Counted from the first letter of the stretch, positions 1 to 5,006 are shown. The stretch: 10,105 nt of DNA from a virus (IMGVR_UViG_3300027798_000013); one strand, 5' to 3'. Notes: generated from the sequence alone by a model not told the origin. A program made the numbers and translations.

Positions 1-21
1 TTCATAGAGCACGATTGTTTC

Positions 22-113
22 GCCAGCGAGACTTGACAGTCAGAGAGGTTTTATAAACCTTTTAGCGCCAGATTAGCGTTCTTGAGAGGGTTTGATTCCC
101 TCCGCTGGTACCA
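22..113 (+). tRNA. trnI: Atypical tRNA-Ile(UAU) with long variable arm
   Basis: Acceptor GCCAGCG(22-28)/CGCTGGT(103-109), A110, CCA 111-113. D stem GACT/AGTC with 4-nt loop TGAC. Anticodon stem GAGGT(45-49)/ACCTT(57-61), loop TT-TAT-AA (TAT 52-54). Variable arm AGCGC(64-68)/GCGTT(76-80). T arm GAGGG/CCCTC with loop TTTGATT. D and T loops are non-canonical. Confidence 0.7.
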
Positions 114-120
114 AAACATG

Positions 121-149
121 TTGACATATCAGCATTTATGTCGTATAAT
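121..149 (+). promoter_or_regulatory. sigma70-type promoter (perfect consensus)
   Basis: TTGACA 121-126, 17-nt spacer, TATAAT 144-149. GGAG RBS at 161-164, ATG at 170. Small inverted repeat GACATA(123-128)/TATGTC(137-142) overlaps the -35 box. Confidence 0.9.
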
Positions 150-169
150 AAACTTTTAACGGAGCATAT

Positions 170-430
170 ATGAAACAACGTCAATTTAATGAAATTCGTA
201 AACCGCTTGACCTCAGTCGTGGCCCTGGTGTTGACACACAAATTTGCACTGATATGGTGGGCGGCAACAGGTTCAATCTTGTTCTCGTTGCTAGCGAACG
301 TGCTAGAGAAATCCGTCGTCAAAACAAAGACAGTGACAAGCGTGAACATGTTCACAGCATTGTAACAGCACTGGAAGAAATTCAACGTGGTGAAATCGAA
401 CCACGCAAGTATCTCAACAAAGTAAGATAA
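170..430 (+). CDS. rpoZ: RNA polymerase omega subunit-like protein
   Basis: 86 aa. VGGNRFNLVLVASERAREI and VTALEEIQRGEI match the two conserved RpoZ blocks (NRFxLVLxAxxRARql; ALxEIxxGki). GGAG RBS and own promoter. Confidence 0.75.
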   Translation: MKQRQFNEIRKPLDLSRGPGVDTQICTDMVGGNRFNLVLVASERAREIRRQNKDSDKREHVHSIVTALEEIQRGEIEPRKYLNKVR

Positions 431-435
431 AATTT

Positions 436-511
436 AGGACGTTAGCTCAGTTGGTAGAGCGTCTGCCTTACACGCAGAATGTCGGCGGTTCGAACCCGTC
501 ACGTCCTACCA
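436..511 (+). tRNA. trnV: tRNA-Val(UAC)
   Basis: Canonical 76-nt cloverleaf: AGGACGT/ACGTCCT acceptor, GCTC/GAGC D stem, TCTGC/GCAGA anticodon stem with loop CT-TAC-AC, GGCGG-TTCGAAC-CCGTC T arm, A discriminator, encoded CCA. Confidence 0.97.
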
Positions 512-516
512 TATAC

Positions 517-594
517 GTGGCGGTGGCAGAGAGGCCCATTGCATCGGATTGCAAATCCGAAAAACCGTGAGTTCAAATCTCACCCGCCACTCCA
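517..594 (+). tRNA. trnC: tRNA-Cys(GCA)
   Basis: GTGGCGG/CCGCCAC acceptor, U73 discriminator typical of tRNA-Cys, CCA 592-594. TCGGA/TCCGA anticodon stem with loop TT-GCA-AA. GTGAG-TTCAAAT-CTCAC T arm. Confidence 0.93.
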
Positions 595-654
595 AGTTTT
601 GCTAGTTTTTCAAAACTAGTTGGTGGAAGCTACACGTAACCGTGCGGCCCCTTT

Positions 655-708
655 TAGGATACTAACAGCAACTTTAATTTCAATGCAAATGAAGAAAAAT
701 GTATCCTG
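655..708 (+). ncRNA. ACAGCAA module A (short, anticodon-loop mimic GCA)
   Basis: AGGATAC(656-662)/GTATCCT(701-707) plus U655.G708; ACAGCAA 665-671; inner stem TTTCA(678-682)/TGAAG(690-694) with 7-nt loop AT-GCA-AA. Confidence 0.7.
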
Positions 709-723
709 TTTAACCAAAATGTA

Positions 724-752
724 GTGACAACATACAGCAAACACGTTATAAT
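724..752 (+). promoter_or_regulatory. Possible internal sigma70 promoter within the array
   Basis: GTGACA 724-729 (5/6 match to TTGACA), 17-nt spacer, TATAAT 747-752. Followed by a GAGA-tetraloop hairpin at 760-781 that could be a transcript 5' end. Confidence 0.5.
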
Positions 753-788
753 AGATACATAGCAAGCAGAGATGCTAGCTAAGAGTTT

Positions 789-954
789 TAGGATCGGTAC
801 AGCAACATTCATATACTATGAATCGTTAGTCACTGTGGTAGTTCGTTGGAGCAGAGTGCGTAAAAACACCGAGCGTTGAAGGCGACTGCTGGAACACACT
901 AACAAGCTCAGAGTGATGGCCTGAGTAAAATAAAAGCAGTCAACAACGATCCTG
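789..954 (+). ncRNA. ACAGCAA module B (long insert)
   Basis: AGGATCG(790-796)/CGATCCT(947-953) plus U789.G954; ACAGCAA 799-805. Inner helices ATTCATA/TATGAAT (807-823), GACTGCT(884-890)/AGCAGTC(935-941), CTCAG/CTGAG (907-925). Confidence 0.7.
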
Positions 955-962
955 TTTAGTCA

Positions 963-1191
963 TAGGATGACTACAGCAATTTAAAACTACATCTTAACGC
1001 TATAGAAGGTGGTTGGAGGACAGGCAGAAATGCTTTCTAGAAATAGACACTGACGGAATAGATAGGTCCAGAGAATCTGGAATATGATGTTTGTACAGAA
1101 AAACACAAACTAGGCAACATGAATGTTGATAGGGTCTGAGTGCCGTAATTGGTCAGACCAGAATACTAAACAAATTGGCACGATCATCCTG
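963..1191 (+). ncRNA. ACAGCAA module C (long multi-hairpin insert)
   Basis: AGGATGA(964-970)/TCATCCT(1184-1190) plus U963.G1191; ACAGCAA 973-979. Inner hairpins AGGCA-GAAA-TGCTT (1022-1035), TCCAGA/TCTGGA (1067-1081), GTTTGT/ACAAAC (1089-1110), CAACA/TGTTG (1115-1128), GGTCTGA/TCAGACC (1133-1159). Confidence 0.7.
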
Positions 1192-1198
1192 TTAAATT

Positions 1199-1251
1199 TA
1201 GAATGTTAACAGCAACATTAAATTTTTTGGTAAAAAGAAAAATACATTCTG
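1199..1251 (+). ncRNA. ACAGCAA module D (short, anticodon-loop mimic GGU)
   Basis: AGAATGT(1200-1206)/ACATTCT(1244-1250) plus U1199.G1251; ACAGCAA 1209-1215; weak inner stem TTTT(1223-1226)/AAAG(1234-1237) with 7-nt loop TT-GGT-AA. Ends 15 nt before the ATG at 1266. Confidence 0.7.
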
Positions 1252-1265
1252 TAAAGGTAATTGAA

Positions 1266-2681
1266 ATGAACGCATTTGTAACAGCAGTAGCAAACCAAGA
1301 AGCCCGTACCGCTAACGGTATGAAGGCACGTAAGAGCACAGCATCAGCTTGTGTTGACTTGTTTTACAACATCGGTGCAAGCCGTGGCAAGGACATCACT
1401 CGTGAGTTCACCGCGGCTTACGTGGAAAACTCTGATGTAGCACTACGCATCGCACAATGGGCACGTGATGTGCGCGGTGGTGCCGGTGAACGTCAACTGT
1501 TCCGCGACATTCTAGTACATCTAGAAAAGCGTGATCCAGACGCCGCTTTGGCTCTTCTAAAGAAGATCCCAGAAGTAGGTCGTTGGGATGACATCTTTGT
1601 GTTCCAAGACCCAGTTCTGAAGTCAGCCGCTTACACCATGTTGGGCGATGCCCTACGTGCCAAGAACGGCCTGGCCGCAAAGTGGACTCCTCGTAAGGGC
1701 AAGATCGCGGCTGAAGTACGAGCATTCTTCGGAATGTCTCCAAAGCAGTACCGCAAGTCATTGGTGTCAATGACCACAGTTGTTGAAACCCAAATGTGTG
1801 CAGGAGATTGGGACAACATCAACTTCAGTCACGTGCCTAGTGTTGCGTCACGCAACTACAAGAAGGCATTCAGCCGTCACACACCGGCATTCGCTGAGTA
1901 TGTGGCCAAGTTGGTGGCAGGTGATAAGACTGTTAAGGTTAACGCCAGCGCAATCTTCCCACATGACGTGTTGAAGGGAGTGATTGGAAGTTACCAACGT
2001 GCAATTTTAGACAAGACAGAAATCAATCATTTGATTGCTCAATGGGACAGCCTGCCTAACTACGTTGGAGATGCCAGCATCATGCCAATCGTAGACGTTA
2101 GCGGTTCTATGTCTTGCCCAGCAGGAAAGAACACTAGTGTGACTTGTATGGATGTTTCAATCAGCTTGGGCTTGTACCTAGCAGACAAGAACAAGGGCGT
2201 GTTCAAGGACACATTCTTGACTTTCTCCAGCAAGCCACAACTTGTTACTCTAAAGGGTAACATTGTTGACAAGGTGGCACAAATGAGCAAGAGCAACTGG
2301 GACATGAGCACTAACCTAAATGCGGCTATGGACAAGATCCTAGACGTTGCGGTTAAGGGTAATGTACCAGCCAGCGACATGCCAGCCATGTTGTTGATCT
2401 TGAGTGACATGCAGTTCAACCAATGCGCCAAGCACGACGACAGCGCAATGGAAATGATCGAACGCAAGTTCGAAGCCTATGGCTACAGCATGCCACAGAT
2501 TGTTTTCTGGAACCTAAACAGTTCAGATAACGTGCCTGTTGCGTCCGACAAGAGTGGTGCGGCTTTGGTAAGTGGATTTAGCCCAAGTATAATGACTAGC
2601 TTGCTAGCCGCTGACTTGGATCAGTTCACTCCAGAAGGCATCATGCTTAAGACTGTAATGAGTGATCGTTACGCTCTGTAA
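1266..2681 (+). CDS. TROVE-like + vWA domain protein (DUF2828-type, Ro60-related architecture)
   Basis: 471 aa from ATG 1266 (AAGGT RBS 1254-1258). Motifs RTANG, DLF, RDVRGGAGER, GRWDD, AKWTPR, MIDAS-like DVSGSM, TFSSKP, ILSDMQF and PQIVFWNL, recognised as typical of the DUF2828 family. Confidence 0.8.
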   Translation: MNAFVTAVANQEARTANGMKARKSTASACVDLFYNIGASRGKDITREFTAAYVENSDVALRIAQWARDVRGGAGERQLFRDILVHLEKRDPDAALALLKKIPEVGRWDDIFVFQDPVLKSAAYTMLGDALRAKNGLAAKWTPRKGKIAAEVRAFFGMSPKQYRKSLVSMTTVVETQMCAGDWDNINFSHVPSVASRNYKKAFSRHTPAFAEYVAKLVAGDKTVKVNASAIFPHDVLKGVIGSYQRAILDKTEINHLIAQWDSLPNYVGDASIMPIVDVSGSMSCPAGKNTSVTCMDVSISLGLYLADKNKGVFKDTFLTFSSKPQLVTLKGNIVDKVAQMSKSNWDMSTNLNAAMDKILDVAVKGNVPASDMPAMLLILSDMQFNQCAKHDDSAMEMIERKFEAYGYSMPQIVFWNLNSSDNVPVASDKSGAALVSGFSPSIMTSLLAADLDQFTPEGIMLKTVMSDRYAL

Positions 2682-2686
2682 GTAAC

Positions 2687-2836
2687 TGCTGGCCCACCTT
2701 AGCCTAGGCTGAGAATCCAGCATCCGCGATACACGAAATGTGGGATGGGCTGTGTATCCGGGGTTTGGTAAGTTTCCTGACACAAAAAAACTTATCACTA
2801 ATTCGTTGTTTTATAACAACATCAGTCCTGTTGATG
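2687..2836 (+). ncRNA. Candidate structured RNA downstream of the TROVE/vWA gene
   Basis: TGCTGG(2687-92)/CCAGCA(2717-22), GATACAC(2728-34)/GTGTATC(2752-58), loop-loop CCCAC(2693-97)/GTGGG(2740-44), GGTAAGTTT(2767-75)/AAACTTATC(2788-96), GTTGTT/AACAAC (2805-20), CATCA/TGATG (2820-36). Single copy, so no covariation support. Confidence 0.4.
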
Positions 2837-2841
2837 CATAG

Positions 2842-2870
2842 TTGACAGGACTTCTTTTTGACTGTATAAT
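2842..2870 (+). promoter_or_regulatory. sigma70-type promoter (perfect consensus)
   Basis: TTGACA 2842-2847, 17-nt spacer, TATAAT 2865-2870; GGAG RBS 2891-2894, ATG 2900. Confidence 0.9.
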
Positions 2871-2899
2871 ATACAAATACTAGCAAAAAAGGAGCAGAA

Positions 2900-3097
2900 A
2901 TGGGTTATCGTGTATTGGGCAAAACGGAAGATATCATGCAAGGTTACCAAATCCGTAAAGGTTTGGAAGGCCCATTTTATTTCAACGGCCGTATCCTTTA
3001 CTATGATCCCCAAGAAGGCAAGTACTGGGATCCGCGAACGGATTTCTATGTGCCACACTCCGAATATTTTGAACTTGTTGGATTGATGGTGAAATAA
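2900..3097 (+). CDS. Hypothetical phage protein (aromatic-rich, GLEGPF...LYYDP...YWDP)
   Basis: 65 aa, strong RBS, first gene after promoter; stop overlaps next start (TAATG). Confidence 0.8.
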   Translation: MGYRVLGKTEDIMQGYQIRKGLEGPFYFNGRILYYDPQEGKYWDPRTDFYVPHSEYFELVGLMVK

Positions 3098-3435
3098 TGG
3101 AAGCAGTAAAAGAAATCACAGTTTGGGAAGGTAGCTTACAAGCTAACCACATTTATCTCTTGAATGGAGATAAGATGGTGGCCTACATTAGAAAAGGCAC
3201 AGAAGAAGAGTTTTGGTTTAAAAATCCAATCCGCATTGACAAGCGTGGACGTAAGTTTGAGCCAATTAAAACAAATCCGTTTACAGGCCTAGGCGGTAGT
3301 GTACGCAACACCAAAGAAGTTGTTGGAAGCAAAGGTCAAACATACATTGTCAATTTGGATGATAACACTTGCACTTGCCCAGGATTTACATTTCGTGGTG
3401 ATTGTAAACATGTGAAAGAATTGCAAACAGCATGA
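3097..3435 (+). CDS. Hypothetical protein with C-terminal SWIM-type zinc finger
   Basis: 112 aa; C-terminal CTCPGFTFRGDCKHV fits the SWIM CxC-x(n)-CxH pattern, preceded by YIVNL; translationally coupled at both ends. Confidence 0.75.
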   Translation: MEAVKEITVWEGSLQANHIYLLNGDKMVAYIRKGTEEEFWFKNPIRIDKRGRKFEPIKTNPFTGLGGSVRNTKEVVGSKGQTYIVNLDDNTCTCPGFTFRGDCKHVKELQTA

Positions 3436-3977
3436 TTGACAAAATTCGTGTAGTATTTGAGCAGTTGGGTCATGAGTGGGTTGAACCATACTCAACTACT
3501 GAAGGTGCTATTAACAGAGGCGAAGTGGGCAACCACAGAGGTTTGTATTACATCTATCCCAAAGTAAATTTTTACTTTGGTAAGGCCGCGACAAATACAG
3601 TGATCAATCGTCACCAAACACATCGTCCCAAGTTGGACGTGGACTTGGCCACATTGTACAGTACTCCAGTTGAAAAAGTAGAACCCAAGTGGCAGTTCCC
3701 AGAAGGTTGGAAACAAGGTGTATGTAAATACATCATCGAAGGAGTGGAAGAGATTCCAAGCCACTATGTTAAAGTTGGTAAGAAACGTGTGGCACCTGGT
3801 GTGCTGGACTTTCCAGTAACACACAAGGTCAACGTTGATACGTTGCCCGTATTAGTTTGGAATTTGGATCATTTATCCGCTGAACAAATTAGCGAAATTG
3901 AAGAGGCTGTAATTCCGGTGATTTGGCCTTATTGTAATAACGAAACGTATAGAAAGAGAAAACGAGAAAATGTATAA
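3432..3977 (+). CDS. GIY-YIG superfamily nuclease-like protein
   Basis: GLY-x8-YFG (GLYYIYPKVNFYFGKA), downstream NRHQTH (Arg/His), EIEEAVI (Glu) and PYCN (Asn) in the GIY-YIG order. ATGA overlap with the upstream gene. Confidence 0.55.
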   Translation: MIDKIRVVFEQLGHEWVEPYSTTEGAINRGEVGNHRGLYYIYPKVNFYFGKAATNTVINRHQTHRPKLDVDLATLYSTPVEKVEPKWQFPEGWKQGVCKYIIEGVEEIPSHYVKVGKKRVAPGVLDFPVTHKVNVDTLPVLVWNLDHLSAEQISEIEEAVIPVIWPYCNNETYRKRKRENV

Positions 3978-4200
3978 AGTAATAGGTAATGATGTAGAAC
4001 TAGAACGATTCATCACATTGAACGAAGCAATGGCATTTGCCAAAGCGGTTGATGTGTTTGTTGCTATTCGAGGTCCAGATTTTGAAGTTGTAGGTCGATT
4101 CGGTGTTGATACAGTAGAAGATGGTAAGTGCCCTGATGGTGTTGCTTACGATTGGAACAAAGCCAGCCGTATTGGTCGTGTAAAGAAAGAACGAGTATGA
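3970..4200 (+). CDS. Hypothetical phage protein
   Basis: 76 aa, overlaps flanking genes in operon fashion; no recognised motif. Confidence 0.75.
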   Translation: MYKVIGNDVELERFITLNEAMAFAKAVDVFVAIRGPDFEVVGRFGVDTVEDGKCPDGVAYDWNKASRIGRVKKERV

Positions 4201-4484
4201 TGCAGGATTTTTACTATGAGCAAACTAGATCTGCTGTAACCGAAGAGTGGAGTGATGAGATTAGTATGTCAACGCTTGCTGAAAAGTTTGATGTTCCTCG
4301 TGTAAGCTATAGAATTTACTATGCCAAGGATGATTTAACTCGTAGAATTTTTATCTTCCGTGGTAACTGTACACAATTTGAAATGAAAACATTGTTAGGA
4401 TTAGGCTTTGTACTTGCTCAAGACAGCGATACAGACAACATTCCCGACCAACCTATAAAGGAAGAACAAAATGCCATGGATTGA
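4197..4484 (+). CDS. Hypothetical phage protein
   Basis: Start moved from 4152 to ATG 4197 (ATGA overlap with the upstream stop); 95 aa, MMQDFYYEQ... Confidence 0.65.
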   Translation: MMQDFYYEQTRSAVTEEWSDEISMSTLAEKFDVPRVSYRIYYAKDDLTRRIFIFRGNCTQFEMKTLLGLGFVLAQDSDTDNIPDQPIKEEQNAMD

Positions 4485-4947
4485 AAATGTAGCGGCCGCT
4501 GATATTCCAACAGGATTTCATCACGCGGCTGGCCCAAACAGTATGCTGATCAGTATTGTGGATCCAGCCAGCTGGCGTCCTGAAGCCAAGCATCAGTTTA
4601 AAGAGCGTCACAACTTTGAGTTTTTGGACGTGGAAGAAAAGGATTCTGTGCTGGAAGAAGCAATGAAGTGTAGTCATGAGCAGGCCGCAGAGCTGGTTCG
4701 CTTGCTACAACACGCATTGGCTAACCGAATGAATGTGGTTGTTCATTGCTACGCTGGCATTTGCAGATCGGGTGCGGTTTGTGAGGTTGGAGTCATGATG
4801 GGCTTCAGTGATACTGAGCGTTTCCGCAGTCCAAACTTGTTGGTCAAACATCGCATGATGAAGCATCTGGGTTGGACTTATGATGAGGCTGAACAGCACA
4901 TACCGCTTGCAGGGGATGAGTATATGCGCCAGGACGGAGACATTTGA
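4471..4947 (+). CDS. Protein-tyrosine/dual-specificity phosphatase-like protein (CX5R)
   Basis: VVVHCYAGICRSGAV is the HCxxGxxRS catalytic loop; upstream ISIVDP and FEFLDV fit this fold. Confidence 0.85.
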   Translation: MPWIENVAAADIPTGFHHAAGPNSMLISIVDPASWRPEAKHQFKERHNFEFLDVEEKDSVLEEAMKCSHEQAAELVRLLQHALANRMNVVVHCYAGICRSGAVCEVGVMMGFSDTERFRSPNLLVKHRMMKHLGWTYDEAEQHIPLAGDEYMRQDGDI

Positions 4948-4951
4948 TTGG

Positions 4952-4980
4952 TTGACACATCTCCTTGTTTGTTGTATAAT
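4952..4980 (+). promoter_or_regulatory. sigma70-type promoter (perfect consensus)
   Basis: TTGACA 4952-4957, 17-nt spacer, TATAAT 4975-4980; AAGGAG RBS 4995-5000, ATG 5007. Confidence 0.9.
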
Positions 4981-5006
4981 ATATAGATACAAACAAGGAG
5001 ATACTA

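Larger units (their letters stand above)
655..1251 (+). repeat. Array of four structured repeat modules, consensus TAG(G/A)ATNN-N(T/A)-ACAGCAA-[insert]-NNAT(C/T)CTGT
   Basis: Modules at 655-708, 789-954, 963-1191 and 1199-1251. Each has a perfect 7-bp closing stem of different sequence. In all four, ACAGCAA starts 9 nt after the first A of the stem. No ORF of 60 aa or more covers 431-1202 in the ORF track. Confidence 0.85.

Noticed and set aside
33-57. TTGACA and TATAAA inside the first tRNA as a promoter
   Set aside because: The spacer is 13 nt and both hexamers are explained by tRNA arms.
62-385. Minus-strand 107-aa ORF
   Set aside because: Antisense to the rpoZ-like gene, its promoter and the tRNA; no motif.
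620-644. T-box-like GGTGGAA after tRNA-Cys
   Set aside because: The bulge would read UGGAAGC rather than UGGNACC, and there is no Stem I, specifier loop or terminator. Only two small hairpins (602-619, 633-644) are evident.
807-823. TAC loop in module B as a Val anticodon mimic
   Set aside because: The stem closes to a 3-nt loop, and a 7-nt reading lacks U33.
1049-1060. Hammerhead-like CTGACGG in module C
   Set aside because: The core needs CUGANGA plus a correctly placed GAAA and three stems; these are not satisfied.
655-1251. CRISPR array interpretation of the repeats
   Set aside because: The conserved parts come as paired 5' and 3' arms with covarying sequence, inserts range from about 30 to 205 nt and are structured, and no cas gene is present.
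1203-1265. Longer start of the TROVE/vWA ORF at ATG 1203
   Set aside because: It lies inside RNA module D and has no RBS; ATG 1266 has AAGGT upstream and begins the family-like N-terminus.
1408-2467. Minus-strand ORFs 1408-1770, 1631-1822, 2060-2467 and plus-strand 1780-1974
   Set aside because: Shadow frames of a strongly codon-biased gene; no RBS or recognisable motifs.
2687-2762. HDV-like or theta ribozyme reading of the downstream element
   Set aside because: No P3/L3 or P1.1 arrangement or catalytic J4/2 C in the required order, and it is not attached to a tRNA 3' end.
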